A stretch of 59,775 bases of DNA, filler included. It is 6 parts of 6 records of this genome, joined end to end, with 100 filler letters (N's around TTAATTAATTAA, not from the genome) between each part and the next. Parts side by side here need not be neighbours in the genome. Positions count along the whole stretch, not along the records: positions 50,761 to 59,775 come from SRR31156797_33520; 5 more parts are not named here. The stretch is one strand, 5' to 3'. A model generated the notes under the pieces. That model worked only from the letters and a program-made list of their open reading frames with translations, was not told where the DNA came from and ran no database searches. A program made the position numbers and the translations under genes. Below, in pieces: positions 51,211-59,775 of this stretch. How positions within the stretch are numbered: position 1 is the first letter of the stretch; every line of letters begins with the position of its first letter.

Positions 51211-53544
51211 TCAAGAGTTTAAATCATTGGCAGCTGTTGGTAAAGAGAACCAGAATGTCGTACCTGTGCCGAATTCGCTCTCAATAAATATTTTACCTTG
51301 ATTTTTCTCAACAAATTCTTTACAGAGCTTTAAGCCTAAACCAGATCCTTTTTCATTATTGGTTCCGAGCGTGGTAATTTTAGAATTATAATTGAAAAGT
51401 TTTGATAATATTTCGGTCTTAATCCCTATCCCTGAATCAGAAATTCCAATATCAATTGTTTTATTTGAAGATCTTCTTGCAATAATCTCTATTGTGCCCT
51501 TAGTAGGTGTAAACTTAATTGCATTAGATATAAGATTTCGAATAACGGTATTTATCATGTCATAATCTGCAATGGCATGAATTTTTTCGTTCAATGAATT
51601 TTTTAAATTTAATTCTTTAGTATTAGCTATTGCTTTAAAGAAGCTTAAGTTTTCCGAAACTATCTCGTTAATTAAAATTTCTTCTTTATGAACATTAATT
51701 CTTTCTGTATTGGTGCTCGCCCATAAAAGTAAATTATCTAATAAGTTGAAAGTCATTTTTGATTCATTAGCAATAATTTCTATAAACTTTTTCTTATTTT
51801 TTTCGTCAATTTCGTTGTTTTCCTCCCATAGAAGTTCTCCAAAACTCATAATGTTAGCTATAGGACCTCTTAGGTCATGTGCAATTATAGAGAAGAATTT
51901 ATCTTTTGTCTTATTTGAAATTGAAAGATCTTTTGCGATATTTTGTATTTTTTGTTTTTGGTCGGTAAGGACTTTATTAGTATGTTCTATTCGCTTTTTT
52001 TGTATCGCAAGTAATAGGTTTGCTTTTCGCTTTTGTATAAAACTATTGAATGTGACTACTGCAAATCCTGTCATCAGTATAAAACCTAAAATAAATATCG
52101 TACTCAATAACCTTTGTCGTTTCGATTTTTCAGCCGTTACTAAATCCTTTTTATATTGTTCTAATACAATAGATTGTTTAGTTTTATCAAGTTGGAATTG
52201 ATATTCCAACATCGCCATTTTTTTTACATTGTCTATATTAAAAATGCTATCATTAAATTCTTTAAACAGAATGTAATTCTCATAGGCCTTATTATAGTTT
52301 TTCAAAGCTGCATAAATATCAGAAAGTTGTTTTCGTATATCTCGTTGTTTAATTAGCAAACCAAGTTTATCTGCAATTGACAGACTTTGATGAGAATAAT
52401 TAAGTGCTTTTTTATATTCATTTTTAAATTGATAAACATTGCCAATTCCAGATAAAATGTAGCTTTTCCTTTCTTTGTCCTGGATCGTTTCACTAACATT
52501 CAAAGCTTTAAAAAGATAGTCGAGTGCCAGCTCATCTTTTTGTTTATCTAAATGGATTAAACCAATGTTATAGAGAGCATCTGCTGCTCCTCCTTTAAAT
52601 TTAATTTCTTCAAAAATATTCAATGCCTTATTACAGGTTACTATTGCCGTGTCAAGTTCTCCATTTTTCCAATAAACAAGTCCTAAATTATTTAGACAAG
52701 AAGCTATTCCTTCTTTGTCTTCCAGTTCTTGGTTTATCTGTAATGATTTGGAATAATTTTCAATTGCAAGAGGATAATTATTTTGATTATAATGAATTAA
52801 ACCTAAGAAATTGTGATGTTTTGCAATTCTTATTTCATCTCCTAATTCTTCAATAATAAGTAAGGATTTATTGCAATAATTAAGTGCTAAAATATAATTT
52901 CCTCTTTGTAGATGAATTTGTCCAATGTTAAATAGACAACGAGCTTTGCCTGCTTTATTATTTATTTTTTCAAATATTGTCAGAGCATCGCTGTAATAAT
53001 CAAGAGCAATATTAAATTCATTTAAATTCCAATAGATAAGTCCGATATTATTTAGACATTCAGCCTGCTTGTCCTTATTTCCCAATTTTTCAAATAATTC
53101 TAAGGACTTATTGTAATATTCCAAAGCCTGTTTATGAAGATTTTGCTTCCAGTAACATAGACCAATGTTATACAAACATTTAGCTTCCTCATTAGAAAGC
53201 CCAATTTCGGAATAAAGATTTAAGGATTTAGTATAAAACTTAATGGATTCTGAGTAATTAAATTTGTAATAGTTGCATATGCCAATTAATTTGAAGCTTT
53301 TTGCAATGCCTTTTTTATAACTAATACTTTCAGAAAGAGTTAGGGCTTGGTCTGTGAAGTAAAAGGCACTATCTATATTTATTTTGAAATACGAACATGC
53401 TAACTCAGTCAGTAAGTTAATTTTTACAGAATCATTTTGTGTAGTTTGGGATAATTTACTCTTTAATTTATCTATTGCATCATTTTGAGCAATTAAAGTC
53501 AAAGAAGTACATATAACTAGACATAGGGAAGTGAATCTTTTCAT
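51211..53544 (-). CDS. TPR-repeat sensor histidine kinase
   Basis: Signal peptide, many TPRs (CLNNIGLIYW), TM, IIAHDLRGP, NLISNAIKF, DSGIG, GSGLGL. Confidence 0.93.
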   Translation of the reverse strand: MKRFTSLCLVICTSLTLIAQNDAIDKLKSKLSQTTQNDSVKINLLTELACSYFKINIDSAFYFTDQALTLSESISYKKGIAKSFKLIGICNYYKFNYSESIKFYTKSLNLYSEIGLSNEEAKCLYNIGLCYWKQNLHKQALEYYNKSLELFEKLGNKDKQAECLNNIGLIYWNLNEFNIALDYYSDALTIFEKINNKAGKARCLFNIGQIHLQRGNYILALNYCNKSLLIIEELGDEIRIAKHHNFLGLIHYNQNNYPLAIENYSKSLQINQELEDKEGIASCLNNLGLVYWKNGELDTAIVTCNKALNIFEEIKFKGGAADALYNIGLIHLDKQKDELALDYLFKALNVSETIQDKERKSYILSGIGNVYQFKNEYKKALNYSHQSLSIADKLGLLIKQRDIRKQLSDIYAALKNYNKAYENYILFKEFNDSIFNIDNVKKMAMLEYQFQLDKTKQSIVLEQYKKDLVTAEKSKRQRLLSTIFILGFILMTGFAVVTFNSFIQKRKANLLLAIQKKRIEHTNKVLTDQKQKIQNIAKDLSISNKTKDKFFSIIAHDLRGPIANIMSFGELLWEENNEIDEKNKKKFIEIIANESKMTFNLLDNLLLWASTNTERINVHKEEILINEIVSENLSFFKAIANTKELNLKNSLNEKIHAIADYDMINTVIRNLISNAIKFTPTKGTIEIIARRSSNKTIDIGISDSGIGIKTEILSKLFNYNSKITTLGTNNEKGSGLGLKLCKEFVEKNQGKIFIESEFGTGTTFWFSLPTAANDLNS

Positions 53545-53724
53545 AAAGACAATTGTATAGAATATATATATACATATTACATATAAAAAATCAAAGATTC
53601 AATATAAAATACACTTTAAAATATATGTTGATAAGTGTGGTTGTCTTATTGGTAGGTGATGCTTAATTCTATTAAAAAAATGGTTTAAATATGATATAAT
53701 GTGACTAAAAGGATGTTATCCCAC

Positions 53725-53974
53725 AGATAGCCCGAGCTTGTAACGGCTGCTGGTGCGAGCGTTCCGCTCGTATCTTGCCAAGGCAGAAAACAAAACAGGA
53801 ACTGTATAAAAATAGCTTAGAATGTTTCTGCCTGGAAGTACAGCAGTGCTAAAAATTAGGCAGGAAAGAAAGGGCAATTGGAAGTTGTCTTATTTTAAAT
53901 GATTACCCGTTAGGCAGAGCACAAGCGAAACGCTCGCGCTTGCTTTGGTTTGTATATACTCGGACTATTAGGGG
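53725..53974. mobile_element. REPIN/MITE-like element: inverted REP pair enclosing a RAYT transposase C-terminal remnant
   Basis: Left GCTGGTGCGAGCGTTCCGCTCGTATCT and right AGAGCACAAGCGAAACGCTCGCGCTTGC are inverted; outer ATAGCCCGAG/CTCGGACTAT; 53833-53898 reads WKYSSAKN*AGKKGQLEVVLF*. Confidence 0.65.
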
Positions 53975-54054
53975 ATTTTTGTAAACATATTTCGAAATTA
54001 TTTCTGTTCATTTTGTTACTTTTATATAACCCAAATATTTAATAAAAGAAATAA

Positions 54055-55134
54055 ATGAATAGACTAATCATTATCGGTAATGGTTTCGACCTAGCGCACG
54101 GATTAAAAACCAGTTTTAACGATTTTATCAACTACTATTATTATAGTGCAATAAAAACATTTCTTTTAAAAGATTCTTATTTGGATAGTTTATTACAAAT
54201 TAAGTTCCAAAATGGATTTCATACTAACAAAGGGAGTCTAAATAACCTAGAGTTATCTAATACTTCTGAATATGTGAAGCTTTTAAGAGATAATCCTAAT
54301 GTATTATTTAAAACCAAATCTATTTTACTTCAAAGGATAACATCTTCATTAAGTTCTAATAATTGGGTTGATGTTGAGATGGAATATTTTAAATTATTAA
54401 AAATGACAACTAATCCGAATTCACTAAATGTTGGAAAACTAAACAGCGAGTTCACTTACCTAAAGAAAAAACTTATTGAATATTTAACAATTCAACAAAA
54501 AGAGAATAAAATTGAAAATAACCCTGATGAACTACTAAATTGCCTTATGCAAAATATCAGTCCAGACGAATTAGTTAATGCTAAATCTGGTTATCATCTT
54601 ACTTCTTTATACTTCTTAAATTTTAATTACACAGATACCATCCTACCGTATTTTGCTAAATGTGTAGATCGATCAATGCCATCAGAGCTTAATTATATTC
54701 ATGGTAGTTTAGATAGCAACCATGGAGAACCGATATTTGGCTTTGGGGATGAGTTCGATAAAAAGTATTTAGAATTTGAAGATTTTAATAATAATGAATA
54801 TTTCAGCCACATAAAATCATTTGAATACTCTAAAAACAGGAACTATTTTAATTTACTTAGATTTATCGAAAGTCAAGATTTTCAAGTTCATATATATGGT
54901 CATTCTTGTGGAATAAGTGACCGTACAATGTTGAATAGTATATTTGAACATGATAATTGTATTTCCATTAAGATATTTTATCATCGATATGGTGAGAATG
55001 AAAATGATTTTACTGAAAAAACCTACGAAATATATAGACACTTTAAGGATAAGAGTAAAATGCGTAGAAAAATAGTACCATTTAACCACAGTCAGGCTAT
55101 GCCTCAACCAGTAATAGAATTTGTCAACAATTGA
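54055..55134 (+). CDS. AbiH-family abortive infection protein
   Basis: LIIIGNGFDLAHGLKTS, W-x-D-x-E, LNFNYT, YIHG, IFGFGDE, YGHSCG-x-SD. Confidence 0.88.
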   Translation: MNRLIIIGNGFDLAHGLKTSFNDFINYYYYSAIKTFLLKDSYLDSLLQIKFQNGFHTNKGSLNNLELSNTSEYVKLLRDNPNVLFKTKSILLQRITSSLSSNNWVDVEMEYFKLLKMTTNPNSLNVGKLNSEFTYLKKKLIEYLTIQQKENKIENNPDELLNCLMQNISPDELVNAKSGYHLTSLYFLNFNYTDTILPYFAKCVDRSMPSELNYIHGSLDSNHGEPIFGFGDEFDKKYLEFEDFNNNEYFSHIKSFEYSKNRNYFNLLRFIESQDFQVHIYGHSCGISDRTMLNSIFEHDNCISIKIFYHRYGENENDFTEKTYEIYRHFKDKSKMRRKIVPFNHSQAMPQPVIEFVNN

Positions 55135-55154
55135 TATAAATCAAAAACTATCCA

Positions 55155-55946
55155 ATGTACACAGAAGACAATCGTTATCATGAAATTATTAATTTAGCAC
55201 CAAAATCATTATCAAACTGTGATATTTGTTACATTTACCTTATCGAAAAACTTGAGAATTGGTATAAGGATGATTTTAAAGATGAAATTTTTAACCTTCT
55301 TTCACCAGTAATTGAAAAATACTTAGCTTACTGTAAACATTTTCTTGATGACAGCTCACTATATGCTGAAATTAGAAGCAACTTCTCACATTTAGTGGGT
55401 GAAGTTTTAGCAAATAAAAATGAACGTCGGAATGTTTTTTACTATTCTGTACTTTCTAGAATTCAAAGGTTAAGAATTCAGTTAATGGAAAACGAATATG
55501 AACAAGATACAACCCCAGTTCCAGAAATACTTAACCCTGAATTATGTGATAAAACTTACGCTACTAATCTTATTACCGAAGCGATTAATATTGTTAGAGA
55601 TTGTGATGATTTAAATAAGAACGTTAAAAGCAGAATTATAACATCACTTACCGATACAATTACCGAATTAAATTCAGAAAGGTCAAACTGGACTACCGTT
55701 TTCGGTAAGACATTAATAGTAATCAATACATTGGCTGCATTATCCTCAATCGTTGTCAATTCTCACTCAATTATGCAACTACAGAGCGCATATGATAAAT
55801 TAAAAGAAGCGACACAAAATATAGTGACAGAATCTTATTGTCCACCTAATAGGTTAAGTGCAAAACAAGTGCTAGAGCTAAACGGAAGAAATTTTTTAAT
55901 ACAAAAAAGTAAAATTGTATTACCCGAATCAATTAAAAAAGAATAA
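55155..55946 (+). CDS. Hypothetical helical protein co-oriented with AbiH gene
   Basis: 263-aa ORF in AT-rich DNA, 20 bp after AbiH stop; no family recognised. Confidence 0.7.
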   Translation: MYTEDNRYHEIINLAPKSLSNCDICYIYLIEKLENWYKDDFKDEIFNLLSPVIEKYLAYCKHFLDDSSLYAEIRSNFSHLVGEVLANKNERRNVFYYSVLSRIQRLRIQLMENEYEQDTTPVPEILNPELCDKTYATNLITEAINIVRDCDDLNKNVKSRIITSLTDTITELNSERSNWTTVFGKTLIVINTLAALSSIVVNSHSIMQLQSAYDKLKEATQNIVTESYCPPNRLSAKQVLELNGRNFLIQKSKIVLPESIKKE

Positions 55947-55974
55947 TATCGTTAAAATTTTGAATTTATCCCTA

Positions 55975-56138
55975 GCTACAGTACGACTCCTATCGTGTGC
56001 TTCTATATTAAGAAAAGAAGAGGATAGAATATCTCACCAACAGGAGAAATTTTTATAAATATTTACTCTGTATTCACAGAGCACGAGCGAAAAACGCCCG
56101 TGGTAGCTTTGGATTGTTTTTACTGGGACAATCTGGGG
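55975..56138. repeat. Degenerate REP-pair element, copy 3
   Basis: Right end AGAGCACGAGCGAAAAACGCCCGTGGTAGCTTTGG..ACTGGGACAATCTGGGG at 56078-56138; decayed left arm near 55975. Confidence 0.65.
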
Positions 56139-56225
56139 TCAAGTTTACAAAACGAAAGTGCAAGAATAATATTTTAGTTAATAGAATTTAATTACATTTG
56201 ATATAACAAACTTCTATTTTAAGTA

Positions 56226-57008
56226 ATGAAACCTGAGAGAAAAAAGATTACCCTAGTAGAGAATTCTCTTTCATTTTTAGAGGAGGCACTTCAAAAGGCT
56301 GTTCAAGCTGAAAAAGAACCTATTCAATGGAAATTTGCAGTTTTCAGTATTGTTCAATCAATTGAATTACTATTAAAGGAAAGGCTTAGGCGTGAGCATA
56401 GATTATTCATTTATCAAAATATAGATAAACCTACTAAAACAGTAGGAATGGATTATGCCATAAAGAGGCTAAAAGAAATTTCATATGTAAAATTTTCAAA
56501 GGATGATATAGATGCTATTGAAACAGCTAGTAAGCTTAGACATCAAATTGTTCATCATGAATTTGATTTTTCACCAATAGAGATAAAGCTAGTGTTTGCA
56601 AAATTACTCGGTTTTTGTAAGGAGTTTTATACACGACAGTTTGATGAAGTTTTAGAAGATTATCTAAAAACACAGGCATGGGAGGAAGCCCTAAGTATTT
56701 TTGAATTTGAGGTTGAATTAGGTGAACGGGCAGTAAAACAAATACATGAGGAAAAGATATACCTAGATCTGGTAATGCAGTGTCCTACTTGCCTGAATGA
56801 AACTTTTGTTTTTCAGGATGATATTAATCGATGTTATGTTTGTGGTTACCGTGAAGATGTATTTGAGTGTGAGACTTGTCAGGAATTTTATTTTGAATCT
56901 GATAGGGATGATTCTGGTGAGCAAATGTGTGCGCGCTGTGCTAAAATTGAATCTGATAAAGAAGATTATCTATATGAGATGTGGCAAGATAGACAGTTAG
57001 ATCAATAA
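56226..57008 (+). CDS. HEPN-like domain protein with C-terminal zinc ribbons
   Basis: IELLLKERL helix, RHQIVH (R-x4-H), CPTC/CYVC/CETC/CARC; Bacteroidota-type TACATTTG promoter element at 56193-56200. Confidence 0.7.
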   Translation: MKPERKKITLVENSLSFLEEALQKAVQAEKEPIQWKFAVFSIVQSIELLLKERLRREHRLFIYQNIDKPTKTVGMDYAIKRLKEISYVKFSKDDIDAIETASKLRHQIVHHEFDFSPIEIKLVFAKLLGFCKEFYTRQFDEVLEDYLKTQAWEEALSIFEFEVELGERAVKQIHEEKIYLDLVMQCPTCLNETFVFQDDINRCYVCGYREDVFECETCQEFYFESDRDDSGEQMCARCAKIESDKEDYLYEMWQDRQLDQ

Positions 57009-57066
57009 TATACTATGAAAGAATGGAGTAGTGAAATAATCAATATTGTAGTAGCAATAATCACCT

Positions 57067-57330
57067 AGATAGCCCGAGCTAGTAACTACTGCTGGTGCGA
57101 GCGTATCGCTCGTATCTATTTTCAAAGAAAATAGTTTAAATACAAGCCACTTGTATGTAAAAAATGGGAGTGGGCTTTTCATATAGTAGCATGCCAAGGC
57201 TAATTTCCACCTTTACGAACTGTATTTAGCTTAAGTGCAAATTCAAAAGAAAGATTACTTTTTGTAAACCCTGTATTCACAGAGTCCGAGCGAGGGACGC
57301 TCGAACTAGCGGTCAACTGGGACCATCTGA
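57067..57330. mobile_element. REPIN-like element, copy 4
   Basis: Left AGATAGCCCGAGCT..GCTGGTGCGAGCGTATCGCTCGTATCT; right AGAGTCCGAGCGAGGGACGCTCGAACTAGC..ACTGGGACCATCT; internal TGCCAAGGC and GAACTGTAT shared with the 53725 element. Confidence 0.7.
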
Positions 57331-57341
57331 TGTAGTATTTT

Positions 57342-58004
57342 TTATTCCGTTAATATTTTTGATGTGTATTGAGTAACAAAACTTCTTAGGAATGAGTCTA
57401 TAAATTCATCTGAATTTCCATTTTTTTGCAGCTCAGCTTTTACTTTTTTGTATTCTTTTGTCTGTTTGAAAACTTGAAACTGTCTTTCTTTAAACATTTC
57501 ATACTCTTTGTATTTAAAGTTCTTTTCCGTTATTAAATCTCCCTTGTTAATTTCTAATAGGATATATTTCTTGTATGTTGAAGCATATCCCATATGAACA
57601 TAGTTCACGAGTTTTCCATGCGGTATAACTAATAAGCCTGTTAACCAATCAATCTTAATATCTTTTTGGTCTGGAAATACTTCATCAATTACACTTCTCC
57701 ATTTATAGTTATGACTCTTATTTGAAGAAGTATCTCGGTATTGAATTTCAATATCTTTCAGGTACAATTGATTGTCCTTTACTTTAAAAGTAGCAACATA
57801 TCCACGCCATAAAGCAGTTGACATTATCCCACCTTGAGGTCGTTTGTCAGGGTTTTTCTCAAAATACGTCTCTAATGGATTGCTATATAAATCATGCTTT
57901 TTTCCATTATAAATTATTTTGTCAGGATACTGTGCTGTTGCAAAAGCATTTATTCCGATGAATAAAGTCAAAATAATCATCAATAATGTTTTCATATTTT
58001 TCAT
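57342..58004 (-). CDS. Conserved hypothetical exported protein
   Basis: Signal peptide; TAQ-x-PD..PLE-x-YF..STALWRGYVA. Confidence 0.75.
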   Translation of the reverse strand: MKNMKTLLMIILTLFIGINAFATAQYPDKIIYNGKKHDLYSNPLETYFEKNPDKRPQGGIMSTALWRGYVATFKVKDNQLYLKDIEIQYRDTSSNKSHNYKWRSVIDEVFPDQKDIKIDWLTGLLVIPHGKLVNYVHMGYASTYKKYILLEINKGDLITEKNFKYKEYEMFKERQFQVFKQTKEYKKVKAELQKNGNSDEFIDSFLRSFVTQYTSKILTE

Positions 58005-58124
58005 GTATTCGGTTCATTAATATTACTCCTTGCTATCGCACGAAACGAAGTTCGATGAAGTCAATCCTTTCCTGTGGTTCCATTTAAGAAAAGAACCTTA
58101 TAGTATCGCGCATCATGGGCAATG

Positions 58125-59504
58125 TTATTTTTGTGTTGAAAATACCAACTCTAAACTTTCTTTTAAAGGATATCCATATTGGTCAACATTAAAAGGAGGA
58201 TGGAAATGTAGTAAGTATTTAGTGTTAGGCTCAAGATCCACATGAATATACAATACTGTTCTCTCTTTATTTTTCCACTCTAATTCCATATTGGGTTTAT
58301 TCCCCTTGTCACTTATTCCATAACTTGCCATCGATCTATCATATTCGATAATAATTTCTTTCAAATCGGGGCTAATATTGCTTGCACCATTTTCGATAGA
58401 TGAACTAAGAATATGAGGACAACTTTCACTATAGTCCATCATATATTTTTCAGGTGACATTAAATTTTGTAGCCTCACAATATAAGGCATAAAATCATCT
58501 AGTGTCTCGTATTTATTGCGTTCGGAAGCATATTTATTCAGATTCTCATAAAGTTTTTCAATCCATAAAAAACCATTGGCTTTCTGAATATTTAGCATTT
58601 TATTTATTTCGGCCTGACTAGCTCCATCATCTTCAGAATACTTAATTGTTGAAGCTCTAACCAATATTTCATATATCATTGTTCGAGCTGAACCATAGGC
58701 TTGTCTGTTCATTTTTTTTGAAACCAACTTATAAAAATCCAATGCCTTTGCTTTCATTTCTGGATAATATTTATCCCCCAACTGATTACAGAAGGAGTGG
58801 CAAAATTCATGCACCAGTGTTTCTTTTTTATTTTTATTGAAGATTGGATACCCAAGGCTGTCCGATTTCCAGGCACAAAGTATAGAATAGATATTTTCTT
58901 CCCCGGATTTGCTTGATGCTTTGGGTCCGTAGTTTCCTCTATTTAGGAAACTCAATACAATGTGGTACTTACCATTTGGTGTATAGCCAAAAAAGTTTTC
59001 AAACCATTTAAGATTGACCGACTTAGCAATTTTCTCGAAACGTTTTATAGCAATGGCATACAAAGATTGATGCTGCATATAGAAGCTCTTAAATTGACTT
59101 TGTCTATAAAAATTGTCCAATTGAGTAATAAATGCTTCTGCAGAATTACCCCATCGTTTATCTAAGGTGTTTTTAATTAATAGATTATTAAAATGAATAG
59201 AATCTCGGTCGATTTTAATATGGATAGCCATTGACATAACCGCATCAAAAGAAACACCATTTTTTTTACGCAGTTTTTTTGCCAATTGGACAACTTTATG
59301 CTTCTTGTAATTTTCGAAATAGCTATCAACAGAATTTGAATACAGCTTAATAGAGTTATTCATGTATTCCGGAGCTTCTGCAAGTCTAAAAACAACGCTC
59401 AACAATTCTATACGTTCTTCAAATTTTGGAACCAGCTGTTTGTTTTGTGCAATCAGTAAGGTGTTAAATGTTAGAATTAAGATTAGACTTAGTAGCTTTT
59501 TCAT
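58125..59504 (-). CDS. DUF4932-like putative metallopeptidase with C-terminal Ig-like domain
   Basis: Signal peptide from ATG 59504, RIELLSVVFRLA, HEFCH (HExxH), EILVRA, NGASNI..F-x-T tail. Confidence 0.75.
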   Translation of the reverse strand: MKKLLSLILILTFNTLLIAQNKQLVPKFEERIELLSVVFRLAEAPEYMNNSIKLYSNSVDSYFENYKKHKVVQLAKKLRKKNGVSFDAVMSMAIHIKIDRDSIHFNNLLIKNTLDKRWGNSAEAFITQLDNFYRQSQFKSFYMQHQSLYAIAIKRFEKIAKSVNLKWFENFFGYTPNGKYHIVLSFLNRGNYGPKASSKSGEENIYSILCAWKSDSLGYPIFNKNKKETLVHEFCHSFCNQLGDKYYPEMKAKALDFYKLVSKKMNRQAYGSARTMIYEILVRASTIKYSEDDGASQAEINKMLNIQKANGFLWIEKLYENLNKYASERNKYETLDDFMPYIVRLQNLMSPEKYMMDYSESCPHILSSSIENGASNISPDLKEIIIEYDRSMASYGISDKGNKPNMELEWKNKERTVLYIHVDLEPNTKYLLHFHPPFNVDQYGYPLKESLELVFSTQK

Positions 59505-59775
59505 ACGGTGAATTTTTACAAATTTTATCCTTCCAATTTGGGTGTAAACAACACCTTTTTTAAAAAGTATCGAAAATAAAATTACAAATACTGACAAGAC
59601 ATAATATGTAATCGAAATAAAAAATGCAGACTAGCTACTAAATTAGAAGCTGTCTACATAATATATTTTAAGGGCATGGTATGGGGAATGCGTGCACCTG
59701 CGCTACTGCAGGTAATGCAATTAAGAAAGGAACACGATAAAATCACGTACCAACAGTGAACTCTTGTAAATATTT

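Noticed and set aside
50761-57330. CRISPR array or classical integron interpretation of the repeats
   Set aside because: No constant repeat with unique regular spacers, no cas or intI gene, and no clear RYYYAAC/GTTRRRY attC ends.

Overview
The window is not one locus. It is six unrelated contigs joined by 100-bp artificial linkers (N-run, TTAATTAATTAA, N-run) at 7787-7886, 14140-14239, 23546-23645, 44567-44666 and 50661-50760, so gene context holds only within each piece. (1) 1-7786: surface-polysaccharide cluster (Wzy/WaaL tail, GT4 enzymes, CapA-type metallophosphoesterase, acetyltransferase, CapK-like ligase). (2) 7887-14139, AT-rich: patatin, LRR lipoprotein, RRE-radical SAM-SPASM maturase, acyltransferase and TPR protein. 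It also holds an unannotated 28-aa Cys-rich peptide (MEPKIIKTTEGSTQNNNDCQYCCGKSIC) with its own RBS and promoter directly downstream of the maturase, a candidate new RiPP and the best lead. (3) 14240-23545: deltaproteobacterial-type tilS-ftsH-folP-cdaA-cdaR-glmM-coaX, LD-carboxypeptidase and serine hydrolase. (4) 23646-44566: dcw cluster with an inserted response regulator, GlmU-like/glmM pair, divergent PGK plus formyltransferase, Hsp20-LonC-like, radC, tRNA-Leu, tig. (5) 44667-50660: UPF0182, thioredoxin fusion, aminopeptidase, hydrolase, DUF2059-like, TRAP DctP. (6) 50761-59775, AT-rich and Bacteroidota-like: a 21-bp phased repeat array, then 1-2-gene blocks (TPR histidine kinase; AbiH plus orphan; HEPN-Zn ribbon) separated by REP/REPIN-like elements, one retaining an apparent RAYT transposase C-terminal remnant. 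All family calls come from motif recognition, not database searches.
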